Shown: positions 9,826-19,879, counted from the stretch's first letter. The stretch: DNA of 64,000 nucleotides from an uncultured Clostridia bacterium (GCA_947627475.1 CANQWE010000002.1:11990-75989), one strand, 5' to 3'. Notes: generated from the sequence alone by a model not told the origin. Program-made: numbers and translations.

Positions 9826-10255
9826 AATCAGTTTGCAAATGCAACAGAAGGTGAAGGTTCCCGCCTTTCAAAAACAGCTTTTCTCTTTCCTCTTGGAAGA
9901 GGAACATCCTTTCCTTTCTCTTAGAAGAGAAACAGGTTCTTTCCTGCTTTCCGTTAGCAGGGGAACGATGGTACTTTTGCCAGACGCGGCAAAAGTACCC
10001 AAAAGCGCTTTTTCGCGGATCGCAACGCGATCCGTGGGGGCGAAGCTGCAAAGCAGCTTCGCTATAGCGTTTGTTTCGTGCAGACTGAAAGTCTGTCTTT
10101 GGACTGCAAGTTTACAGTGCTGTTGCAGTCCCTGCAATGTCTTGCTATGACTATCCACCTTACGTGAAAGTCTGTACAGACTTTGTAACCCTCCTATAAC
10201 GAGGGAGGTGCCCTTTGAGGGGAGGGAGGATGCACTCCCCTTCCCTACGTTAAAT
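9826..10255. repeat. mosaic hairpin-module element, inverted copy
   Basis: Collinear with the reverse complement of 61233-61447. Perfect hairpins at 9970-9999, 10016-10034 and 10040-10062, and an 18-bp palindrome at 10167-10184. Confidence 0.8.
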
Positions 10256-10337
10256 TTCAAAAAATGCCGCCTTTTTATTGAAACGGGAATTGTTTCATGG
10301 TAAAATAAGTGCAGCAATTTATTTGGAGGACAGTAGT

Positions 10338-11048
10338 ATGTTTGCAGATTCTTTTTCCTTTGAAACGTTTGAAGGCACAAAGTGGACGGCCCCTTATCGC
10401 CTGCGTCTGCCGGAAAACTACAGCATCGAAAAAAAATATCCCGTAGTGCTTTATTACCATGCCGCAGGAGAGCGGGGGGACGACAACATCATGCAGCTTG
10501 CTATCGGTCTGCCTGTTGCCATGCAGGATCCGGACAGCCCCCTGTATGACGCCATCATTATCGCACCCCAGTGTCCCAAAGATAAAAAATGGGTAGACAC
10601 TGACTGGACAAAGGGAAACTATCGTGTAGACGACACGCCGGAAACCATTTATATCCAGACAGCACAGGAGTTGCTGGATTATACCCTGAAAAAATACAGC
10701 TGCGACAAATCCAGAATCTACACGATGGGCATTTCCATGGGATCCTTTGCAGTATGGGATACTCTGGCACGGCACGGAGAACGGTTTGCAGCCGCTTTTG
10801 CCTGCTGCGGCGCGGGGGATCCGTCCAAGGCAGAAAAAATGCGGGACATTCCCATCTGGGCGTATCACGGCGCATTGGATGACGAAGTGCCTGCCGACGG
10901 CACCAGAAATATGGTACGAGCCATCCAGGCAGCAGGCGGAAAAAAAATTCATTACACCGAGTTCCCGGATTTAGGACACTGGACCTGGGACAGCGCATAT
11001 TCCCAATACGATGATATCCGGGCAATGTTTCAGGAAAAAAAGTCGTAA
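10338..11048 (+). CDS. alpha/beta hydrolase (esterase/peptidase S9-like)
   Basis: YPVVLYYHAAGERGDD and GISMGS (GxSxG) motifs. GGAGG precedes ATG 10338. The upstream part of the ORF lies in the repeat. Confidence 0.65.
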   Translation: MFADSFSFETFEGTKWTAPYRLRLPENYSIEKKYPVVLYYHAAGERGDDNIMQLAIGLPVAMQDPDSPLYDAIIIAPQCPKDKKWVDTDWTKGNYRVDDTPETIYIQTAQELLDYTLKKYSCDKSRIYTMGISMGSFAVWDTLARHGERFAAAFACCGAGDPSKAEKMRDIPIWAYHGALDDEVPADGTRNMVRAIQAAGGKKIHYTEFPDLGHWTWDSAYSQYDDIRAMFQEKKS

Positions 11049-11078
11049 CGGAACACCCGCCCATAGGAGGGAGTATAC

Positions 11079-11894
11079 ATGAAAAGTCGAAAGAAAATCC
11101 TGTCGCTGGCCTTACTTGTCTTCCTGCTTGCAGGCACACTTTTCTCCTGCCGCAGCGCAGAGCAGGATACTCCGGAGAGTACAGTGGAACAAACGCCGGC
11201 AGATGCGGACTTTCCCCGTACAGGAAAAGACAACATTACTGTATGTATCGACGCAGGACATGGATTTGGAGACGTGGGGTGCGGGCCGGCATTTATAGAT
11301 GCATACGAATACGAAATCACGCTTTTGATGGCAAAGCTTTTGCAGGACAAGCTGGAGCAGGAGGGAATCACCGTGATTCTTACCCATGACGGAAAAACTT
11401 TTCCCGCCTCAGGAGAAATTACGTCCCAGGCAGACCAATATGGCCTTACATACAAACCGGAGAATATGGTCGATAACGATGTGTTCAGCGCTTATGAACG
11501 GGTAATCTGGGAGAATGTATTGGACAGGCAGACAGACGGGGGGCTGGATCTTTTTGTTTCCCTGCATGTCAACGCCATTGAAGATCATCCTCAGGTTTCT
11601 GGTATGTCCATCGATTACTGTGAGGACAATCCAAGTCTTTTGTTCCTGCGGGGCTTTTCAAAGGATCTGAAAAAAGCATATTTGGACGCTGGGCTGACAG
11701 AGAGCTTTACTGTTTTTGAAGACTCCTATGAAGACTCCTTTATTGTAACAAAGTACACAGAGGTTCCCTCCGTTCTCATCGAGATGGGATACTCCACCAA
11801 TACAGAGGACGCAAAAAAGCTGCGTAACGAAACCTGGCAGGATCAATTTGCCTCCCTTTTGTGTGAGCGAATCTGCTATGCCTTTGGGAAATGA
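11079..11894 (+). CDS. N-acetylmuramoyl-L-alanine amidase (Amidase_3) lipoprotein
   Basis: Signal peptide ending LFSC, plus VCIDAGHG, SLHVNA and IEMGYSTN motifs. Confidence 0.8.
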   Translation: MKSRKKILSLALLVFLLAGTLFSCRSAEQDTPESTVEQTPADADFPRTGKDNITVCIDAGHGFGDVGCGPAFIDAYEYEITLLMAKLLQDKLEQEGITVILTHDGKTFPASGEITSQADQYGLTYKPENMVDNDVFSAYERVIWENVLDRQTDGGLDLFVSLHVNAIEDHPQVSGMSIDYCEDNPSLLFLRGFSKDLKKAYLDAGLTESFTVFEDSYEDSFIVTKYTEVPSVLIEMGYSTNTEDAKKLRNETWQDQFASLLCERICYAFGK

Positions 11895-11906
11895 CAGAAA
11901 AACGCC

Positions 11907-11935
11907 TTGACAAGGGGATGCGCGCGTGCTATACT
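11907..11935 (+). promoter_or_regulatory. promoter TTGACA-17-TATACT
   Basis: Consensus boxes directly upstream of the TPP riboswitch. Confidence 0.55.
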
Positions 11936-11964
11936 GAGACCGGACATGGATCCATCCGTCCACA

Positions 11965-12059
11965 ATTCAATACAGGGGTGCTGCGCCCACGCGCGGCTGA
12001 GATGGCGACGGCCGAACCCTTTAACCTGATACGGGTAATTCCGGCGTAGGGAGCATTGA
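11965..12059 (+). promoter_or_regulatory. TPP (THI-box) riboswitch
   Basis: aggggtgc..gctgaga..accctttaacctgat..ggtaat.ccggcgtagggag matches the THI-box core. Confidence 0.85.
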
Positions 12060-12078
12060 GCATCATATTGCTTTTTTT

Positions 12079-12110
12079 ACCCTGCGGGCATTTTCCGCAG
12101 GGTATTTTTT
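12079..12110 (+). terminator. riboswitch expression-platform terminator
   Basis: accctgcgg/ccgcagggt stem followed by a T-run. Confidence 0.75.
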
Positions 12111-12381
12111 GCAAAATTTGAATTTGCGCAAAATGCTCCTTTTTTACTAGACTCTGTCACGGCATAAATGAGGAAGACACCACCTTCTCCGGCAGCAAGG
12201 AAAGGCATTCCATTAAAAAGCCTCTCACCGCAGCGTCTCGAGGCGGCTTTGAAAAAGTCGCTCAGCGAGGCCAGGGAAGTTCCCTTTGTTATTGGCAAAG
12301 GGCCAAGGGAGGGATATGTTGACGATCTTCCCCCACGCATCTGTTATGACTGAGTCTTTCATGAAAGGAGAAAATCGAAAT

Positions 12382-13215
12382 ATGCAAACAAACACAAAAC
12401 CAAGCATGGCACTGCGGCTCACAGAAAGCGCAATTATGATCGCGCTGGCCACAATTTTAAGTCTGCTGAAATTGGTGGATCTACCTTACGGTGGCAGTAT
12501 CACCCTGGCTTCCATGCTGCCGATCCTGTTGATCGCATACCGCTACGGCACTGCCTGGGGCATGCTCACAGGCTTTGTCCACGGCGTAGTCCAATTTGTT
12601 CTGGGCACCAGTGTCCTCAGCTATGTCACCGGCGCTTTGTCTGTAGCAGCGGTGATCGTTTTTGACTATTTTCTCGCATTTGCCGTAATCGGGCTGGGCG
12701 GCCTGTTTCGGAAACGAATAAAGAGGCAAAGTGCCGCCTTACTGGCAGGCGCAATTGCCGCCGGCTTCTTCCGGTATATCTGCCATGTAATTTCCGGCTG
12801 TACCGTATGGGCAGGGCTTTCCATTCCCACCGCCGGCGCACTGGCCTATTCCTTTGTATACAACGCAACCTACATGATTCCGGAAACCTTGGTTGTAGCA
12901 CTTGCCGCCTATTATGTAGGTTCTGCTGTAGACTTTAGAAGCGGCAAGCTGGCTATGCTGAAGAAAGAAACATCGGCCGGCAGCATGCGGATCGCCCATT
13001 TGATCAGCGGCGCGCTGATTTGTGCAGCTGCCATATTCGATGTGGTATCCGTGTTCAGCACCCTGCAAAATGCAGAAACAGGAGAGTTTGATATCACCGG
13101 GATTGTAAACACAAACTGGATCGCAGTAGCCGCTGTCACTGGTGCTGTCATTCTTCTCAGCATTGCCCTCTGTGCAATCTGGCGTATAACGGCCGCAAAA
13201 AAAGCTGAAAACTGA
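12382..13215 (+). CDS. thiT: ECF-transporter S component ThiT with C-terminal two-helix extension
   Basis: ALRLTESAIMIALATILSLLKLVDLPYGGSITLASMLPI resembles ThiT. AAAGGAG precedes ATG 12382. TPP riboswitch lies upstream. Confidence 0.75.
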   Translation: MQTNTKPSMALRLTESAIMIALATILSLLKLVDLPYGGSITLASMLPILLIAYRYGTAWGMLTGFVHGVVQFVLGTSVLSYVTGALSVAAVIVFDYFLAFAVIGLGGLFRKRIKRQSAALLAGAIAAGFFRYICHVISGCTVWAGLSIPTAGALAYSFVYNATYMIPETLVVALAAYYVGSAVDFRSGKLAMLKKETSAGSMRIAHLISGALICAAAIFDVVSVFSTLQNAETGEFDITGIVNTNWIAVAAVTGAVILLSIALCAIWRITAAKKAEN

Positions 13216-13263
13216 ATTTTTTAACAAAATAAAAAAATTCGGCAGTGAATTTTTTTCATGCGC

Positions 13264-13291
13264 TTGACATCCCCGTTTCTGTGGCTATAAT
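13264..13291 (+). promoter_or_regulatory. promoter TTGACA-16-TATAAT
   Basis: Consensus boxes upstream of the 13340 CDS. Confidence 0.5.
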
Positions 13292-13339
13292 GTTTACTAT
13301 ATGTAAAAATGCAAATAGCAAAAGGTCGGGTACAGAGCA

Positions 13340-14413
13340 ATGAAGAAAAAGGTTGGCATCGTCGGATACGGCGGCATGGGACAATGGCATGCCTGCAGTA
13401 TTTCCGGCACCACATATTTAAAAACAATTCCTTTTCAGGAAAGCGATGTAGCTGAAGTCACGGGCGTTTACGACATCGATCCGGAGAAAAGAAGCAAGGC
13501 CCAGGCAGACGGATATCCGGTGTATCCAACATTGGAAGCATTATTGCAGTCGGATATCGACATTGTAGTAGTCGCTACGCCCAATGATGTACATGAATCC
13601 CTCGCTGTACAGGCTATGCAGGCAGGCAAGCATGTGATTGTGGAGAAACCGGTGACCATGTCCAGCGAGGCCCTGGACGCTATGATCGCCGCAGCAGAAA
13701 AATATGACAGAAAGTTTTCTGTGCACCAAAACCGCCGTTTTGACGATTACTATGTAGCCATGAAACGTCTTGCAGATGAAGGCGCAATCGGAGACATCAT
13801 CAGCATCGAATCCCGGATCCACGGGGACCACGGCGTACCGGGAGACTGGCGTAAAACGGTGGAGCAGGGCGGCGGCATGCTGTATGACTGGGGCGTGCAT
13901 ATGCTGGATCAGCAGTTGTGGATGCTGGGATATGACGTAGACCGGGTGTATGCCCATTTTGATTATCTCACAGGCATCCCGGTTGACGATGGCTGCTTTG
14001 TAGACGTATATCTGAAAAGCGGCAAGGTACTGCGTACAGAAATCTGCACCTATAACTTTATTCCCCTTCCCATGATGTATATGCGTGGGAGAACGGGCAC
14101 CGCCCTGTTCGGCACTTGGGGAGACGATATTCAGGTGGTGCGCTGTACGGAATGGGGAGACCATGACGACATCCTTCCGGTGAAAGCCGCGGCAGGACTG
14201 ACCAAGACGATGGCACCCCGGACAGGGCGCTCCATGGAACAGCTTTCTGTAAAGCTGCCCAAAACGGACGCCCACGACTATTACCGCAATTTCTGTGCCG
14301 CTATTGACGGGAAAGAGGATCTGCTGGTAACCCACGACCAAATGCGTGTGGTTATGCGAGTAATTATGGCGGCTTTTGAATCCGCCCAAACCGGTACGGT
14401 AGTGAAATTATAA
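13340..14413 (+). CDS. Gfo/Idh/MocA family oxidoreductase
   Basis: N-terminal Rossmann fold VGIVGYGGMG and an EKP motif (VIVEKPV). Confidence 0.8.
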   Translation: MKKKVGIVGYGGMGQWHACSISGTTYLKTIPFQESDVAEVTGVYDIDPEKRSKAQADGYPVYPTLEALLQSDIDIVVVATPNDVHESLAVQAMQAGKHVIVEKPVTMSSEALDAMIAAAEKYDRKFSVHQNRRFDDYYVAMKRLADEGAIGDIISIESRIHGDHGVPGDWRKTVEQGGGMLYDWGVHMLDQQLWMLGYDVDRVYAHFDYLTGIPVDDGCFVDVYLKSGKVLRTEICTYNFIPLPMMYMRGRTGTALFGTWGDDIQVVRCTEWGDHDDILPVKAAAGLTKTMAPRTGRSMEQLSVKLPKTDAHDYYRNFCAAIDGKEDLLVTHDQMRVVMRVIMAAFESAQTGTVVKL

Positions 14414-14416
14414 AGC

Positions 14417-14455
14417 AAAACAGCTTCTCCGATGGAAGAAGCTGTTTTCTCTTTC
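14417..14455 (+). terminator. rho-independent terminator
   Basis: 12-bp stem aaaacagcttct/agaagctgtttt. Confidence 0.7.
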
Positions 14456-14481
14456 TGTTCCTTTGAATTTTTCATATCCCC

Positions 14482-14510
14482 TTGACAAACAGCCCATGGT
14501 ATGCTATACT
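14482..14510 (+). promoter_or_regulatory. promoter TTGACA-17-TATACT
   Basis: Consensus boxes upstream of the T-box leader. Confidence 0.55.
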
Positions 14511-14514
14511 GATA

Positions 14515-14735
14515 TTTACAAATATTCATGCGGACCATGTTGTCCGGTAGATTTTTATTTTGTCGTGCCAAGAGAGCCGCTTGGTGGGTGTAAAAGCGGA
14601 GACGACAGCCGGATGATACCAGCCGCAGGTGTACAATTTTATACGAATTGAGTGAAACGCTCGGGTGGAACCGTGCGGACTTTGTCCTCACCCCGACATA
14701 TTTTTGTCGGTGCGGGGATTTTTCTTTTTCCCCGG
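14515..14735 (+). promoter_or_regulatory. T-box leader (Thr specifier ACC)
   Basis: T-box sequence gggtggaaccgtgcgg at 14663-14678, candidate specifier ACC-A at 14618-14621, and a terminator hairpin plus T-run at 14686-14730. Confidence 0.8.
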
Positions 14736-14765
14736 CCGACAAGGAAAAGGAAAGGATGGAATAGC

Positions 14766-16700
14766 ATGCACATTCAATTTAAAAACGGACCCGCCATCGA
14801 AGCAGCTCAGGCGGCTTCCGTATACGATCTGGCTGCTCAGGCAGGCGTGATCTCCCGGGAGGTGATCGCCGCTAAGATCGGTGACGCAGTGGTGGACTTG
14901 ACCTATCTGGTATCCCAGGATGCCAATATTCGCCTGCTCACCTTTGCAGATGAGGAGGGGCAGCGGGTATTCAACCACACCGCCAGCCATATTCTGGCCC
15001 AGGCGGTAAAACGTCTGTACCCTGAAACGAAGCTGGCTATCGGCCCGGCTATCGATAACGGATTCTACTACGACTTTGACTCGGAAATTTCCTTTACCCC
15101 AGAGGTCCTCACAAAATTGGAAGGGGAAATGAAGAAAATCGTAAAGGAGAACCTGCGCCTGGAACGGTTCACACTGCCCCGGGACGAGGCCATTGACCAT
15201 ATGGAGGCAGCCGGAGAGCCCTACAAGGTGCAGCTCATTTCCCGCGTGCCGCTGGGGGAAGAAATCTCCTTTTACCGGCAGGGTGAATTCACCGATCTGT
15301 GTGCCGGCGCCCACCTGTTTGCTACAGGACTTGTAAAGGCTGTGAAGCTTACCTCCTGTACAGGCGCCTACTGGGAAGGCAACAGCAACAACAAAATGCT
15401 CCAGCGCGTTTACGGCACGGCCTTTCCCAAAAAGGATCAGCTAAACGAATACCTGGCTATGGTGGAAGAAGCAAAAAAGCGGGACCACAACAAAATCGGA
15501 CGGGAACTGGAATACTTCACCACGGTGGATGTGATCGGACAGGGTCTGCCGATCCTGATGCCCAAAGGCGCAAAGGTTATCCAAACGCTGCAGCGGTTTG
15601 TAGAGGATGAAGAAGCCCGTCGGGGATATGTGCTCACAAAAACCCCCTATATGGCCAAGCGGGAGCTGTACAAAATATCCGGGCACTGGGATCATTACCG
15701 CGACGGCATGTTCCTTCTGGGGGATCCGGACGACGAGAGTAAGGAATGCCTTGCCCTGCGGCCTATGACCTGCCCCTTCCAGTATCAGGTATACCTGAAT
15801 AAAAAGCGGTCCTACCGGGATCTGCCCATGCGGCTGGCAGAGACCTCTACCCTGTTTCGCAATGAGGATTCCGGTGAAATGCACGGCCTGATCCGGGTAC
15901 GCCAGTTTACGATTTCCGAAGGACACATCGTTTTGCGTCCCGATCAGCTTGCCCAGGAATTCAAGGGGTGTCTGGAGCTGGCAAAATATATGCTGGAGCT
16001 TTTGGGTTTGGAAGAAGACTGCACGTACCGGTTCTCCCAGTGGGATCCAAACAACCGGGACAAATACGAAGGAACTACGGAGCAGTGGGAAGAAGCCCAG
16101 GCAGTGATGAAGAACCTGTTGGATGAAATCGGCCTGGATTATAAAATTGGAATTGATGAAGCTGCCTTCTACGGGCCTAAGCTGGATATTCAGATTAAAA
16201 ACGTCCATGGCAAGGAGGATACGCTGATCACCCTGCAGATCGATATGCTGCTGGCCCAGAAATTCGGTATGGAATACACCGACTCGGACAATACCCAAAA
16301 GACGCCGTATATTATCCACCGGACCAGCATCGGCTGCTACGAACGGACCCTAGCGCTGCTACTGGAAAAGTATGCCGGCGCGCTGCCTCTTTGGATCGCG
16401 CCTGTGCAGGTAACGGTCCTGCCGGTGTCCAATCTGTTTGAAGACTATGCCGTGCAGGTGCGCGACAAGCTGCAAGCTGCAGGCATCCGGGTGGAAATGG
16501 ACGCCCGCAATGAAAAGATCGGCTACCGCGTACGGGAAGCACAGCTTTCCAAGGTACCGTATATGGCCATTGTAGGAGCAGAGGAACAGGAAGCCGGAAC
16601 GGTTTCTGTCCGCGCCCGCAGAGAAGGAGAAGGCGGCCTTCTGTCTGTAGACGATTTTGTAGCAAAAGTCCTTTTGGAAATCGCCGAAAAGAGAAAATAA
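14766..16700 (+). CDS. thrS: threonine--tRNA ligase
   Basis: TGS/editing/class II core similarity (HTASHILAQAVKRLYP, RVRQFT). Start at MHIQFKNG, after the leader terminator. Confidence 0.9.
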   Translation: MHIQFKNGPAIEAAQAASVYDLAAQAGVISREVIAAKIGDAVVDLTYLVSQDANIRLLTFADEEGQRVFNHTASHILAQAVKRLYPETKLAIGPAIDNGFYYDFDSEISFTPEVLTKLEGEMKKIVKENLRLERFTLPRDEAIDHMEAAGEPYKVQLISRVPLGEEISFYRQGEFTDLCAGAHLFATGLVKAVKLTSCTGAYWEGNSNNKMLQRVYGTAFPKKDQLNEYLAMVEEAKKRDHNKIGRELEYFTTVDVIGQGLPILMPKGAKVIQTLQRFVEDEEARRGYVLTKTPYMAKRELYKISGHWDHYRDGMFLLGDPDDESKECLALRPMTCPFQYQVYLNKKRSYRDLPMRLAETSTLFRNEDSGEMHGLIRVRQFTISEGHIVLRPDQLAQEFKGCLELAKYMLELLGLEEDCTYRFSQWDPNNRDKYEGTTEQWEEAQAVMKNLLDEIGLDYKIGIDEAAFYGPKLDIQIKNVHGKEDTLITLQIDMLLAQKFGMEYTDSDNTQKTPYIIHRTSIGCYERTLALLLEKYAGALPLWIAPVQVTVLPVSNLFEDYAVQVRDKLQAAGIRVEMDARNEKIGYRVREAQLSKVPYMAIVGAEEQEAGTVSVRARREGEGGLLSVDDFVAKVLLEIAEKRK

Positions 16701-16702
16701 GG

Positions 16703-16740
16703 GCAACAGCTCTCCCTTTGGGAGAGCTGTTGCTTGTTAC
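16703..16740 (+). terminator. hairpin terminator
   Basis: 13-bp stem gcaacagctctcc/ggagagctgttgc. Confidence 0.6.
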
Positions 16741-16786
16741 AGCATATTTTAGTCGACCGCGCGTGGCCCTCTCATTAGCCGCTCTC

Positions 16787-16815
16787 TTGACAATCCCAAC
16801 CCGGTACGTTATAAT
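16787..16815 (+). promoter_or_regulatory. promoter TTGACA-17-TATAAT
   Basis: Consensus boxes upstream of the RpiR-family gene. Confidence 0.5.
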
Positions 16816-16882
16816 GATATATTAGAAAATTGACCGCCAGGAGCAAAATGTGCGCGGCTGCTGCGCACACGAAAGGATCAGT

Positions 16883-17764
16883 ATGTCATTGGATCTGATA
16901 GAGACGATCGAACGGGCATTGCCCGGCATGTCCAAAGGGCAAAAGCGAATTGCCGCTTTTATTATTGAACACTGTGAGCAGGCGGCCTATATGACGGCCT
17001 CGCGGCTGGGTACACATGCAGACGTATCCGAATCTACCGTGGTACGTTTTGCCATTGAGCTAGGCTTTGACGGATACCCCGGCCTACATCGGGCCATGCA
17101 GGATACACTGGGCAAACGGCTTACCAGTGTACAGCGTATGGAGGTAGCCAATGCCCGGTTCCGAGAAGTCGGTGTGCTGGAAGCAGTGTTGTCCGCCGAT
17201 GCAGACCGGATACGAACAACGCTGGAAAATATAGACAGGCGCGCCTTTGACGACGCGGTAGACGCGATTCTGTCTGCCGGGAAGATTTATATTATCGGTA
17301 TGCGGTCTTCCTTTTCTCTGGCAGAATTTTTAGATTATAATCTAAGCCTTATTTTCCCAAGCGTCCATCTGCTGCGCAATACCGGCAGCAGTGAGGTTTT
17401 CGAACAACTGATGAAAATCGAAGAAGGGGATACCGTAATCGCCTTCAGCTTTCCCCGGTACTCCAGCAGAATCATCAACGCGGTGGATTTTGCCCAACTC
17501 AGCGGGGCACGGGTGATCGCCATTACCGACAGCATCCAGGCCCCCATCGCACAAAACGCTTATGCAACCTTGTGCGCCAAAAGCGACATGGCCTCCTTCG
17601 CCGATTCCCTTGTGGCGCCCCTGTCTATTGTAAACGCAATTCTTGCTGCTATCGGTATGAAACGGCAGGAAATGGTGTCAGACACCCTGGCCCGTTTGGA
17701 AGCGGTGTGGGATGAATATAACGTCTACGAAAAACGCAGCGCCGGCAAGGAGAACTTGACATAA
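16883..17764 (+). CDS. MurR/RpiR family transcriptional regulator (HTH + SIS)
   Basis: GMSKGQKRIAAFII..ASRLGTHADVSESTVVRF forms the HTH, followed by a SIS domain. Confidence 0.8.
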   Translation: MSLDLIETIERALPGMSKGQKRIAAFIIEHCEQAAYMTASRLGTHADVSESTVVRFAIELGFDGYPGLHRAMQDTLGKRLTSVQRMEVANARFREVGVLEAVLSADADRIRTTLENIDRRAFDDAVDAILSAGKIYIIGMRSSFSLAEFLDYNLSLIFPSVHLLRNTGSSEVFEQLMKIEEGDTVIAFSFPRYSSRIINAVDFAQLSGARVIAITDSIQAPIAQNAYATLCAKSDMASFADSLVAPLSIVNAILAAIGMKRQEMVSDTLARLEAVWDEYNVYEKRSAGKENLT

Positions 17765-17908
17765 AATTACATGGCATCGACCCGCCAAGCAGGCTTCACG
17801 CGCGAACACTCCTGAAAATGGCGTCTCACCCATGTTTGTTTTCTATGGAAATATCCTTACATTTCATTGCTTTTTAAACCGCCGCCCCGCGGCGAAGTGG
17901 AGATGCAT

Positions 17909-19138
17909 ATGAGTCAATCCATTGCCATAATAGGCGGCGGAGCTGCCGGAATGATGGCCGCCTGCGCTATATCCCAAGCCGGAGGGCAGGCGGTTCTGTA
18001 TGAACAGAACGCCTCCTGCGGCAGAAAGCTGCGCATCACCGGAAAGGGCCGCTGCAACGTAACCAACGACTGTTCCCCTGCCCAGGTGATGGAAAACGTC
18101 ACCCGAAATCAAAAATTTTTGTACAGCGCCCTGTACCGTTTTTCTCCTTCCGATGTGATGGAATTTTTCGAGGGCCGCGGCGTTCCCCTGAAAACAGAAC
18201 GCGGCAGACGGGTATTCCCCGTGTCGGACCGGGCGGCGGATATCTGTACCGCACTGGAGCGGGGTCTCCAGTGCCCTGTCATACGGGAACAGGTGCAAAG
18301 CATACTGTATGATACAGAAAAACGCGTGCGCGGTGTGCATACCCACAGCGGCGACCATGTCCACCGGGCTGTGATCGTGGCTACCGGCGGCATCTCCTAT
18401 CCCGCCACCGGATCCCGGGGAGACGGACACCAAATGGCCCGGCAGGCAGGCCTTGCTGTGACGCCCCTTTCCGGATCTTTGGTTCCCATTGAATGCCGGG
18501 AACCCACCCGGGACTGGATGGGCCTTTCCCTGAAAAACGTGATTCTCACCGTAGAGCGGGAAAACAAAATCGTCTTTTCCCAGCAGGGCGAAATGCTGTT
18601 CACCCATTTCGGCGTCAGCGGCCCCCTGGTATTGTCCGCCTCCGCCCAAATGCAGGCGGGAGATCTCTCTGAATATGGGATGTTTATAGACTTAAAGCCC
18701 GCTTTATCTGAGAAGGAGCTGGACGCCCGTCTGGTGAGCGACATACAAAAATACGCAACCAGAGACTTTATCAATTCTCTGGGAGATTTGCTGCCGCGGG
18801 TGCTGATCCCCGCCGTTGTGGAGCGCAGCGGAATCCCTGCCCGGATGAAAACCGGATCGATAACCAAAGAAATGCGGACAGGACTTTTGGCTGTGCTCAA
18901 GCATTTTACCCTGACTCCTACAGCTTTCCGTCCTGTGAACGAGGCCATTGTCACCCGCGGCGGGGTAGACGTGCGGGAAATCGATCCCAAAACGATGATG
19001 GCAAAGAAAATACCAGGACTTTTTTTCGCCGGCGAGGTTCTGGATCTGGATGCGTACACCGGAGGATACAATCTGCAGATCGCATGGTCTACCGGGCGGA
19101 TGGCAGGGCTGGGCGCTGTTCAGTATATTAGCCAGTGA
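17909..19138 (+). CDS. BaiN/HI0933-family NAD(P)/FAD-dependent oxidoreductase
   Basis: IAIIGGGAAGMMAA dinucleotide fold, GKGRCNVTN, and the C-terminal GGYNLQIAWSTG motif. Confidence 0.75.
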   Translation: MSQSIAIIGGGAAGMMAACAISQAGGQAVLYEQNASCGRKLRITGKGRCNVTNDCSPAQVMENVTRNQKFLYSALYRFSPSDVMEFFEGRGVPLKTERGRRVFPVSDRAADICTALERGLQCPVIREQVQSILYDTEKRVRGVHTHSGDHVHRAVIVATGGISYPATGSRGDGHQMARQAGLAVTPLSGSLVPIECREPTRDWMGLSLKNVILTVERENKIVFSQQGEMLFTHFGVSGPLVLSASAQMQAGDLSEYGMFIDLKPALSEKELDARLVSDIQKYATRDFINSLGDLLPRVLIPAVVERSGIPARMKTGSITKEMRTGLLAVLKHFTLTPTAFRPVNEAIVTRGGVDVREIDPKTMMAKKIPGLFFAGEVLDLDAYTGGYNLQIAWSTGRMAGLGAVQYISQ

Positions 19139-19177
19139 AACAGAAAATTTTATAAAAAAGAAATAAATGGAGTTTAT

Positions 19178-19861
19178 ATGAATCAGAAAATTAAAATCGC
19201 GATTGACGGTCCCAGCGGCAGCGGGAAAAGTACGCTGGCAAAAAGAATTGCCCGGGAGCTGGGCCTCGTATATGTAGACACAGGCGCGCTGTACCGGGCG
19301 GTAGGTCTATATGCGAAACGGGCCGGAGCTGATCCCAGCATAAATTCTCAAATTGCTGCTCTACTCCCCCAAATGCAGCTGGAACTGCGCTATACAGAAG
19401 ACGGACAGCGGGTCATATTAAATGGCGAGGATGTATCCGGACTGATCCGCACATCGGACGTCACGGTATATGCCTCCACCGTTTCTGCCATTCCCTCTGT
19501 TCGTAAATTCCTTTTGGAAATCCAAAAGCGAATGGCCGGGGAAGGCAACGTGGTCATGGACGGTCGGGATATCGGTACGGTGATCATGCCTGACGCAGAT
19601 GTAAAGCTCTTTTTGGAAGCTTCTCCCGCCAAGCGAGCACACCGCAGATACCTGGAACTGCTGGCAAAGGGAGAACAGGTAACAGAGCAAGAGGTTCTTG
19701 CTGCTGTAATGCAGCGGGACAAAGCGGACAGCGGCAGAGAAATCGCTCCTGCCGTGCCGGCGGAGGACGCTATTTTTATCGACAATTCTCAGTTGGATGA
19801 AGCCCAGACGCTGTCCAAGGCGCTGGAGATTATTGGGGAAAAACTGCGCAGGCTGCGGTAA
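19178..19861 (+). CDS. cmk: cytidylate kinase
   Basis: IAIDGPSGSGKST..DTGALYRA. Confidence 0.9.
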   Translation: MNQKIKIAIDGPSGSGKSTLAKRIARELGLVYVDTGALYRAVGLYAKRAGADPSINSQIAALLPQMQLELRYTEDGQRVILNGEDVSGLIRTSDVTVYASTVSAIPSVRKFLLEIQKRMAGEGNVVMDGRDIGTVIMPDADVKLFLEASPAKRAHRRYLELLAKGEQVTEQEVLAAVMQRDKADSGREIAPAVPAEDAIFIDNSQLDEAQTLSKALEIIGEKLRRLR

Positions 19862-19879
19862 GCTGCCTCAGGAGGCATT

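Noticed and set aside
12111-12381. Second riboswitch or small gene (ORF 12168-12353) between the TPP terminator and thiT
   Set aside because: I could recognise no conserved aptamer core. The 61-aa ORF has no RBS and is Pro/Arg/Lys-rich. It is treated as an unexplained spacer.
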